A DNA stretch of 35,556 nt, from assembly GCA_038243585.1 (NCBI GenBank), contig JBBSQY010000036.1, forward strand, positions 1 to 35,556, written 5' to 3'. Within the stretch, counting starts at the first letter, position 1. The number at the start of each line of letters is the position of its first letter. Made by a program: the position numbers and the translations under genes. Source of the DNA: Candidatus Sumerlaeales bacterium. GTDB taxonomy: Bacteria; Sumerlaeota; Sumerlaeia; Sumerlaeales; Sumerlaeaceae. Below are positions 1 to 7,578 of this stretch, piece after piece. The notes under the pieces were generated by a model, which saw only the letters and a program-made list of their open reading frames with translations, did no database searches and was not told the DNA's origin.

Positions 1-89
1 GAGCGAACGTCTTCTTGCGCGAAAAGATTACAGCAGAAAAAACTTAGACCCGTCGCCAAAACAGCCGCAGTAATTCTAAACAACTTCAT
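1..89 (-). CDS. 5' end of a probable secreted protein (runs off the window edge)
   Basis: Hand translation from ATG at 89: MKLFRITAAVLATGLSFFCCNLFAQEDVR, with basic N-terminus, hydrophobic core and LFA|QE cleavage-like site. GGAG SD at 104-101. Confidence 0.65.
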   Translation of the reverse strand, partial: MKLFRITAAVLATGLSFFCCNLFAQEDVR

Positions 90-207
90 GTCAACCACAT
101 CTCCAAAGTAATAAAAGGCTCTGGAATACGTGCAAAGATATTTAGGGACTGATCAATGTTTTTCTCAACACGCAGACGTCTGTTAAACGAACAAATAAAT
201 AAAAAAG

Positions 208-293
208 TGGTGCCGAAGGTGGGACTCGAACCCACACACCCTTGCGAGCGGAGGATTTTGAGTCCTCTGCGTCTGCCATTCCGCCACTTCGGC
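208..293 (-). tRNA. tRNA-Leu(CAA)
   Basis: Minus strand GCCGAAG..CTTCGGC acceptor stem, anticodon arm GAGGA-CTCAAAA-TCCTC, long variable arm, GGTTCGAGTCC T-arm, encoded CCA; 86 nt. Confidence 0.97.
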
Positions 294-347
294 GCGGTTT
301 AACGAAAGCTTGATTACCCAGATTAGTCATGGTTATTTCCGTTTCAT

Positions 348-1178
348 ATGATACAGCCTCCTGTTTGTTTGACTATAGCCGGCAGCGACCCCAGCGGCGG
401 CGCCGGAATACAAGGTGATTTGAAAACTTTCGCAGCCCATGGGGTTTACGGCATGGCTGTCATCACAGCACTTACTGCCCAAAACACACGCGAAGTCTCG
501 GGCGTAATGAAGGTTGCCCCGTCCTTTGTGGTGCAGCAATTGCAGGCCATTTACGATGACATTCCAGCAGATTATATCAAAACCGGCATGCTGCTTAACA
601 AAGCGAACATTGAAGCCATTGCCGGATTTTTCACCGCACGCAAGGCAGCAAAGCTGATAGTTGATCCAGTCATGATAAGCAGCAGCGGCGCCCAGTTACT
701 CCAAAACAACGCCATCAAAGCCTATGTGAAGTCCCTTTTTCCGCTGGCTACTCTTCTTACGCCAAACAACTTGGAAACCCGGCACTTTTCAGGTATTGAG
801 GTAAAGTCTGTCAATGATGCTGTGAAAGCGTCTGAAATAATTCGATCCATGGGCTTGGACAGCGTGTTGGTAAAAGGCGGCGATACCAAATTCGCTGAGG
901 CAAACGACAAGATTTACGATGTTCTAAATGAGCAGGGTACCATCCATGTGTTTGAGCGCGATCTTGTCGGGGCCCGTAACACCCATGGCACCGGGTGTGC
1001 CATGGCCGCTGCTATTTGCAGTAGGCTTGCGAGCGGTTATACGTTGTCGGAAGCGGTTGACATGGCGGGGAACTACGTTGGGGAAGCCTTAAAACAGGCT
1101 TATAAGACCGGCTCGGGAACCGGCTCCATAAATCATTTATTTAACATTCCGCCAAATGAGTGGGCCCAAAATCGATGA
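348..1178 (+). CDS. thiD: Hydroxymethylpyrimidine/phosphomethylpyrimidine kinase
   Basis: LTIAGSDPSGGAGIQGDLKTF, TALTAQNT, VDPVM, LLTPN, LVKGG, NTHGTGC motifs. Confidence 0.95.
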   Translation: MIQPPVCLTIAGSDPSGGAGIQGDLKTFAAHGVYGMAVITALTAQNTREVSGVMKVAPSFVVQQLQAIYDDIPADYIKTGMLLNKANIEAIAGFFTARKAAKLIVDPVMISSSGAQLLQNNAIKAYVKSLFPLATLLTPNNLETRHFSGIEVKSVNDAVKASEIIRSMGLDSVLVKGGDTKFAEANDKIYDVLNEQGTIHVFERDLVGARNTHGTGCAMAAAICSRLASGYTLSEAVDMAGNYVGEALKQAYKTGSGTGSINHLFNIPPNEWAQNR

Positions 1179-1225
1179 AAATTGCCATTAAGGAATACCT
1201 GATAGCGCATTCTTCGGAATGTGGT

Positions 1226-1408
1226 CGAGCCTCTGCTAGGTTAGTGTGGTTCTCGTTGTGTATTGAGCCGATAATATCTAATAGGGAGCCTTATTCCTCC
1301 GCGAAGAACATGCCTCTTTACGGGGACGTTTGAAGCGGATGTGCGGGCCCCCACCTTTCCCATGGAAGGTTCAAATCTCATTAGAACTCACGGCGGTGCG
1401 GAGGCTCG
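1226..1408 (+). ncRNA. ssrS: 6S RNA
   Basis: 183-nt rod. Terminal stem CGAGCCTCTGC/GCGGAGGCTCG, then GTGGTTCT/AGAACTCAC and TTGAGCC/GGTTCAA; A/U-rich central bubble strand GATAATATCTAATA, GGGAGCC, and CCCACC..GGTTCAA on the 3' side; followed by a T-run. Confidence 0.85.
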
Positions 1409-1486
1409 TTTTTTATTCTGAATTGATGAGTGGGCTTTTGCCTTGTGACGTTGCAACTATAGCTGAAATTGGAGTAGCTTGTTATA

Positions 1487-3628
1487 ATGGAAAACAGCCA
1501 GGATGATTTATGGAATACGGGCGATGCCGACCAGGGTTTGTTTGGCGCTACTGATCAAAGCGACGACATCTTCGGTGAAGTCCCGGAGTTAACCCCAACC
1601 AAACCTGATACACTTCCCCCCGCCCGTGCGAATACTTCAGCGGCATCTGCGACACAAAGCCCAAGAGCACCAATCGCCCCCACATCCAAAGCTCAAATCG
1701 ATGGATACGTGGTGTTAGCGCGAAAGTATCGCCCTCAAACATTCGATGATCTAGTTGGGCAGGATAGCGTTCAACAGGCTTTACGTGGTGCAATAGCCAC
1801 TGGTCAGATTTCTCATTCCTATCTGTTTAGTGGCCCTAGGGGCACCGGAAAAACATCAACCGCTCGGATTCTGGCCAAAGCGGTGAACTGCCAGGAAGGT
1901 GGCCCGCGTCCTGACCCTTGCGGCCGGTGTAGCAGCTGCCGTTCAATCACCCTTGGCAGCAGCCTTGATGTAATGGAAATCGACGCCGCCTCTAACACCG
2001 GCGTCGATAACATTCGCGAACTGAAGAGCGGCGTTGTCCTCGCCCCGTTTTCCCGCTACAAGGTCTACATAGTCGACGAAGTTCACATGCTCTCGAACCA
2101 GGCATTCAACGCGCTTTTGAAAACGCTGGAGGAGCCTCCACCTCAGGTCATATTTGTGCTGGCGACAACAGAACTGCACAAAGTGCCTGAAACCATTATT
2201 TCCCGCTGCCAGTCGTTTATGTTTCGGCGTTTTTCTCTGGAGGAACTGAAAAACCAGCTGGGTAATATTTTAGATATTGAAGCCGGGAACCGGTCAATAA
2301 CCGTTCAGGATGATGATCGGGAGAAAATTCTAGACCTGATCGCGAGAGGTGCCGAGGGAGGCATGCGTGATGCGCAGGTAACCTTGGACCAGGTGCTTGT
2401 TCTCAGCAAAGATACCATGGATTTTGAGTCGGTACGCCGGTTTCTTGGAATGGCCGATTCAGCCGCACTTGATCTGTTTGTCCGTCTGATAAACGAGCGA
2501 AACTCGCGAGAACTGCTGGAGCTTATTGACCAACTTGTAGTCAGCGGCCAGGATTTGGAACTTTTCCTCAAAGGCGTATGCGAGCACATGCGCGATCTGC
2601 TTCTCATTAAATGCGCAGGTCGCGAGACCACGATGATAAATGTGTCGGAAGATCGCGGCTTGGAGCTGGAAAAAGCTGCTGCTGCTTTACCTGCGCCATT
2701 TCTTGTGAATGCGGTAGATCATCTCTTAAAGGTTGTAGGAGAGATGAAAGTCTCCGGCCAGCCTCGTATAGTGCTGGAACTCGCAGTACTAAAGTTGGCT
2801 CTTGCAGAGCCCGCGCTAGACATTGCAAATATCCTGAAACGCCTCGATACGCTTGAAAAGGGGCACCCTCAGGCTGCCATCGAAAAGTCTTCTGCCGGAC
2901 CTGCAACTGTCTCCGAGGCCCCACCAGTGTCCCAATACCAGGCCGAAGAAATTGCCAAGCCACATACTCTAGAAATCGCAGTTCCGCTACCATCCTCACA
3001 GCAATATGACAATTCGCCCCCGACATCTCCTCAGGCAACGGCAGTTGTCGGCAATGCTGATAGCATGGCTGAAACGCTGATTGCGCGAACAGAGAAGGAA
3101 TCGCCAATGCTTTACAATGCTCTGAAAAAGGCATTGTCCAGGCACGAATTTGACGGCCGCGTAATAACTCTGTTCATAAATTCCGCTCAAAAGATGCAAA
3201 AGGATTTGCTGACGCGGCCACAAAGCATTGCTGTGCTTACAACCACCGTGAAAGAGCTTTTTGGCAGCGATATAATAGTCCGTCTACAGGTGGAAGACGT
3301 TGCCCCCGTGGAACCACAGCTTACCCCGGAACCGACCGCCTCTCAGACCGACGCTTCCGTACCAGTATCCTTCGTCGTCCCCCCCCCCGGGACTACGATG
3401 CGTTCAAACGCATCTGAGCAAGACTCGCCTGTAGTTGAAGAAGAAACTGCCCTTAAAATTTATTATCCGGAAGAAATTCGTGATAAGACAATGCTTGAAC
3501 TTAAGGATGCGGAGTTTGAAAAAGTGCTTTCCACAGACTCCACATTAAAAGATCTGGTTGAAAAAACCAAACAAGTTTTTGGCGTTGACGACAATGCCAT
3601 AAAATTTCATCGCAGCACATTAGCTTAA
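1487..3628 (+). CDS. dnaX: DNA polymerase III subunit gamma/tau
   Basis: LARKYRPQTF, Walker A GPRGTGKT, Zn-binding Cys cluster, EIDAAS, VDEVHML, NALLKTLEEPP, SRC motif. Has an N-terminal extension of about 70 aa, so the start is uncertain. Confidence 0.96.
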   Translation: MENSQDDLWNTGDADQGLFGATDQSDDIFGEVPELTPTKPDTLPPARANTSAASATQSPRAPIAPTSKAQIDGYVVLARKYRPQTFDDLVGQDSVQQALRGAIATGQISHSYLFSGPRGTGKTSTARILAKAVNCQEGGPRPDPCGRCSSCRSITLGSSLDVMEIDAASNTGVDNIRELKSGVVLAPFSRYKVYIVDEVHMLSNQAFNALLKTLEEPPPQVIFVLATTELHKVPETIISRCQSFMFRRFSLEELKNQLGNILDIEAGNRSITVQDDDREKILDLIARGAEGGMRDAQVTLDQVLVLSKDTMDFESVRRFLGMADSAALDLFVRLINERNSRELLELIDQLVVSGQDLELFLKGVCEHMRDLLLIKCAGRETTMINVSEDRGLELEKAAAALPAPFLVNAVDHLLKVVGEMKVSGQPRIVLELAVLKLALAEPALDIANILKRLDTLEKGHPQAAIEKSSAGPATVSEAPPVSQYQAEEIAKPHTLEIAVPLPSSQQYDNSPPTSPQATAVVGNADSMAETLIARTEKESPMLYNALKKALSRHEFDGRVITLFINSAQKMQKDLLTRPQSIAVLTTTVKELFGSDIIVRLQVEDVAPVEPQLTPEPTASQTDASVPVSFVVPPPGTTMRSNASEQDSPVVEEETALKIYYPEEIRDKTMLELKDAEFEKVLSTDSTLKDLVEKTKQVFGVDDNAIKFHRSTLA

Positions 3629-3652
3629 ATTTTACAAAAAGGGCACACACAG

Positions 3653-3964
3653 ATGTTTGATATTAAACAGATTCAAAAAATGCAAAAAGAGCTGCAAGAT
3701 CGCATGGCTCAGGTTCAGGGAGACTTGAAAACGCAGGAGGTCGAGGGGACATCCGGCGGCGGCATGGTGGTCGCCCGAGCCAACGGTAATCAGGAACTTA
3801 TAGATCTGACCATTAACAAAGATGTAGTGGACCCCGACGACGTGGAAATGCTGCAGGATCTTGTTGTTGCAGCTGTTAACAACGCCATGGACCAGGCAAG
3901 GGACCTTAACCAGAATGAAATGTCTAAGGTAACCGGAGGTATAAAAATACCGGGCCTGTTCTAG
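3653..3964 (+). CDS. ybaB: YbaB/EbfC family nucleoid-associated protein
   Basis: GTSGGGMV, DPDDVEMLQDLVVAAVNNA, IPGLF; canonical position after dnaX. Confidence 0.95.
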   Translation: MFDIKQIQKMQKELQDRMAQVQGDLKTQEVEGTSGGGMVVARANGNQELIDLTINKDVVDPDDVEMLQDLVVAAVNNAMDQARDLNQNEMSKVTGGIKIPGLF

Positions 3965-4009
3965 GTTTTATAACCCAATCACCGCTAACCTATATATGCA
4001 CATGAACCC

Positions 4010-6568
4010 CTATTGGATTTCACCTGTATAATATTTGGGATCGACAAAGGGCATGGATAGGCTCAATCCGTCCTGCGCAGAAAAGTCCCACGTCGGATCT
4101 ATTCCAGATTCACCGGACGGATTAGCCCTCCTGGAAAGCGTTGTCTGAACGGACCGGATGGATTCGGTAAGTTGCTCCGTAGCAATCGTTGATTGCTCGT
4201 CGGGAAGAAACTGCGCCTTGGCGGTAATAGCTGTGATGTCCCTCATCATTGTCGGGCTGACTTCGTGGGTCACAGCTGTGACAATACTGTTAGGCTCTAC
4301 TTGCAACGAAACGCTATCCAGCAGCGTAATTTCTGTTTCTGACTGCATGAACTTGATTTTCAACTCTCCGGACAATGCCAGCCACGTATCATTGATAACG
4401 ATAAATCTCGCTTGTATTAGGGGCTCACCTTGATGACAGACTATCTGCTCGCCACCCTCCACCTTTAATCCACTTGTGGTTTTCGGCTGAGTCGATGGCC
4501 AAAGCTCCATAGGCACAACTGATGATTCTACCCCGTCGATAAGCAGTTCCATTGACAGCAGAATCGGTGAGAAAAATCGCCGGCTGGCATGCCAGCTCAA
4601 TTTTGGCCTGCGATAATAATCGATCATTGACCAGCTTATTGCCGGATAGGCATCATGGTGCTGCCAGATTAGCACGCCGGCTGTCAGCATCCGCCGCCGC
4701 CTCCAGTGCTCCACGGCGCGGCGCAGGGTTTCCGCCTGCAGCTGCTGCGTTATTTCAACCCAGTCCTCCAGAGTTACAGGGATTTGATAATGGGCGGAAA
4801 CATAGCGAACCAGCCGTTGCTGGCCTTCGATCATCTTCTGATGATGATTGAGTTCGGGATGGTCCATTGAATCCGCTGCAGGGGCAAACGTCTTCAGAGA
4901 ATCCATAGCTGGCACAGATTGAAATCCAAATTCACTGATAAAACGGCCAATGTCCAGAAGGTAATTGTCAGAGTGTTGCCAGTCAGACCATGCGTCCCAG
5001 TTATGCCTGTCGCCGGATAGCTGATCATTATAGTCAGACTTATTCTTACCAAACGGGCTGCTTTGGTGATACACTCGGGAAGGATCATGATCCTCAACAA
5101 TTTCCCGAATCAGGTTTGACCATATTGTTTCACCGATGATCTTTTGCTCGCTGCCTTTTTTTAGCCCACCAGTTTGATGGAGCCATTCGTTTTCGTTATT
5201 CCCGCACCAAAGCATGATGCAGGGATGGTTCCGCAGACGGACTACTTGATAAAGCGCCTCGGCCTCTACCTCATCGAGAAATTGACGGTAAGTCGGATAT
5301 GCCGCGCATGCAAACATAAAATCCTGCCAAACCAGAATCCCTGCTTCATCACACAACTCGTAAAAAAGGTCCGTTTCGTAAATCCCGCCGCCCCAAACGC
5401 GGATGCAATTCATTCCAGCACCGACAGCCGCCGTAATCAGCGTAAGGTAATCATCTGACCGTGTAGCGGAGGGCATCATAGTTACAGGAACCCAATTAAC
5501 CCCGCGGCAAAAGATCGATACGCCGTTTACCTGCGGAATAAAGGATTCTCCAAGATCGTCTTTGTGCCTGTCCACCGAGACGGTTCGCACGCCGAAGGTG
5601 GCGCTTTCGCTCAGATCATACTCAAAGCCGAATCGGTCGGTTGCTTTAATCGAAATTTCCACGCGGTACATAGGCTGAGCGCCCATGCCCAGAGACCACC
5701 ATAATCGCGCCTGATCGATATCCACAATTCGGCGAATCTGAGCCGTTTTGGGTTTTATAGTTACAGCCTCGGTTTTTTCCGCCACGATTTCACCGGTGGT
5801 CAGATCAACGATCCGGATGGTTAAGTCTCCCGCCGCTCTCCGACGGGAAATCAGGTCCGAAATTATCTGAATTTGGACCGACTCAACAACTTCCTGTCCC
5901 GCAGTAACCGCTGGCAAAAAAGCCACATACGCTTGAAGGCCGGCAAGTTGTACAGGAAGATTCTTTTTAACCGTTGGCACTTCGAGTACGGAAACACTAC
6001 TCAGCCTGGGTGTCCAGTCCCACCCCGTTTGACACTGACTGCGGCGAGCGTGAACCCTGCCGGTATCAAACCCTGCGGGAAGCTGGCCGTAAGCTGTTTC
6101 CAAAACGCTGTTAACGTTGCGGGCACTACGGATGTAAATAATGAGTTCATTCTCATCCAGCAGGGGAGTCTCATCAAGGTCAAAAAGGTGATCATGAAAC
6201 TGGTTTCGTCCCTTGCCGACAAACCTTCTGTTTAGAAAAACTTCAAAATAGCAGTCAATCCTGTTCAAGGTCAATTGCAGCTCATCGTCTACGTCAAAAG
6301 CGTCTGCCGAAACAGAAAATTTCTTTCGTAAGATCCAGTCGACATCCTCTGCCCAGCGGTAGAGCATGTCATTAAAACCAACAACCGGATCCGGTCCGCG
6401 ACCGCTGTTATGAAGCCACGAAATAGCATCGAAAGGGATAGCCGCCCCCGCCCAGGTCCAGGTATCTGCATCGGCAATTTCCACAGGAGTGCCGGCCGGA
6501 GTATGGCGATGCGCACACACTTCCCAGCCCTCATTATCTATTTTAAAGGTCAAATCGGATGTACCCAC
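4010..6568 (-). CDS. Glycoside hydrolase family 2, beta-mannosidase-like
   Basis: GWDW, RGVNWVP, IRVWGGGIYE, WQDFMFAC, WCGNNE (acid/base), FISEFGFQS (nucleophile), SWSMIDY; no signal peptide seen. Confidence 0.9.
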   Translation of the reverse strand: MGTSDLTFKIDNEGWEVCAHRHTPAGTPVEIADADTWTWAGAAIPFDAISWLHNSGRGPDPVVGFNDMLYRWAEDVDWILRKKFSVSADAFDVDDELQLTLNRIDCYFEVFLNRRFVGKGRNQFHDHLFDLDETPLLDENELIIYIRSARNVNSVLETAYGQLPAGFDTGRVHARRSQCQTGWDWTPRLSSVSVLEVPTVKKNLPVQLAGLQAYVAFLPAVTAGQEVVESVQIQIISDLISRRRAAGDLTIRIVDLTTGEIVAEKTEAVTIKPKTAQIRRIVDIDQARLWWSLGMGAQPMYRVEISIKATDRFGFEYDLSESATFGVRTVSVDRHKDDLGESFIPQVNGVSIFCRGVNWVPVTMMPSATRSDDYLTLITAAVGAGMNCIRVWGGGIYETDLFYELCDEAGILVWQDFMFACAAYPTYRQFLDEVEAEALYQVVRLRNHPCIMLWCGNNENEWLHQTGGLKKGSEQKIIGETIWSNLIREIVEDHDPSRVYHQSSPFGKNKSDYNDQLSGDRHNWDAWSDWQHSDNYLLDIGRFISEFGFQSVPAMDSLKTFAPAADSMDHPELNHHQKMIEGQQRLVRYVSAHYQIPVTLEDWVEITQQLQAETLRRAVEHWRRRRMLTAGVLIWQHHDAYPAISWSMIDYYRRPKLSWHASRRFFSPILLSMELLIDGVESSVVPMELWPSTQPKTTSGLKVEGGEQIVCHQGEPLIQARFIVINDTWLALSGELKIKFMQSETEITLLDSVSLQVEPNSIVTAVTHEVSPTMMRDITAITAKAQFLPDEQSTIATEQLTESIRSVQTTLSRRANPSGESGIDPTWDFSAQDGLSLSMPFVDPKYYTGEIQ

Positions 6569-6720
6569 CTTCCCGCCGGATTGCGAATATTACCCAAAAA
6601 CGCGAAGTAGCCCTCCTTGGCCCTTGGGCCATTTGCAGGGGTAACTTGCGAAATTGATGTAATGCGACACTTCATTACAACAGATACGCATTGAAAATTA
6701 CAATACGAGGAGCAACCAAT

Positions 6721-7578
6721 TTGAGACGAATTATACAGTCAAAACCAGGATTGTCCATTGGGGTCAATTTGGCTTTGGCAATGCTGGCCCACTGTAAGCC
6801 TGGCTTTGCTGGCAGCGCTACAGAGGTAACAGCAAAAACGTCTTCGAGTGGACGCGACAAAAAAGTAGCGGCACAGCAGCTCGGTGAAGAGTATCTTGAA
6901 AAAGTCAGCTTTCGAGGTGCGGCCGCGGTGAATAACGCAAAAGCAATCTGGGGAAGCCTTGTTTTTGCAGCGGGATCGGAAGCGCGGAGTGGCACTCCTA
7001 TGAGCTACGAGGAAGTACGTCTATTTCTGCAGTCTTACAACGCAGGACCTTATGCATGTCTGAAATACAAAGGCACTGTTCCGTACAAAGAGACACGCAA
7101 CTACGTCCCAAAAATAATGAAGTATTATCAACGGAACATCAGCGATTCCCCTTACGATTCGATAATTGTAGAAAAAGCCACAAAATATGGCTTGGATCCT
7201 CAACTGATTCGGGCAATTATGAAAGCGGAATCAGGCTTCGATAAACGCATTGTGAGCCATGCGGGCGCACGCGGGTTAATGCAGGTCATGCCGTGCGTGT
7301 GGCAGGACGTTCAGAAGCGGTACCGTTTTAAATGGAATTATAATTCCGACGTGTTCGACCCGGAAAAAAACGTAGAAGTTGCCTGCGCTTATCTCGCATG
7401 GCTTCGCTACGATTTCCTACCTGGACACTTTCAGGAATTCCCAAAAAATCCAGAGGCTCCGGCAGTTGTAAAGCGTGACAAGCGACGCATGAAAAAAGAA
7501 CGTATCAGTGCACGAGAAGAAATTATGATCTCGCAAAAATCCGCTCAGGATAAGACAGTTACCGCCCCAGGGGCGTAA
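6721..7578 (+). CDS. Lytic transglycosylase (SLT/GH23-like) with circularly permuted motif order
   Basis: YNAGP and PYKETRNYV precede GLDPQLIRAIMKAESGF, GARGLMQVMP and DPEKNV..AYL. TTG at 6721 follows GAGGAG SD (ORF track starts at 6691); hydrophobic N-terminus. Confidence 0.85.
   Translation: MRRIIQSKPGLSIGVNLALAMLAHCKPGFAGSATEVTAKTSSSGRDKKVAAQQLGEEYLEKVSFRGAAAVNNAKAIWGSLVFAAGSEARSGTPMSYEEVRLFLQSYNAGPYACLKYKGTVPYKETRNYVPKIMKYYQRNISDSPYDSIIVEKATKYGLDPQLIRAIMKAESGFDKRIVSHAGARGLMQVMPCVWQDVQKRYRFKWNYNSDVFDPEKNVEVACAYLAWLRYDFLPGHFQEFPKNPEAPAVVKRDKRRMKKERISAREEIMISQKSAQDKTVTAPGA

Noticed and set aside
100..293. tRNA-Leu as an integration site for an island
   Set aside because: No integrase and no duplicated tRNA 3' end seen in the window.
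142..330. 62-aa ORF over the tRNA
   Set aside because: Shadow translation of tRNA-Leu.
1179..1486. SRP RNA or TPP riboswitch in the thiD-dnaX gap
   Set aside because: No SRP core or TPP CTGAGA motif; the structure fits 6S RNA.
3123..3130. G_AAA_AAG as a dnaX -1 frameshift site
   Set aside because: Not a full X_XXY_YYZ heptamer, and no clear stimulatory hairpin.
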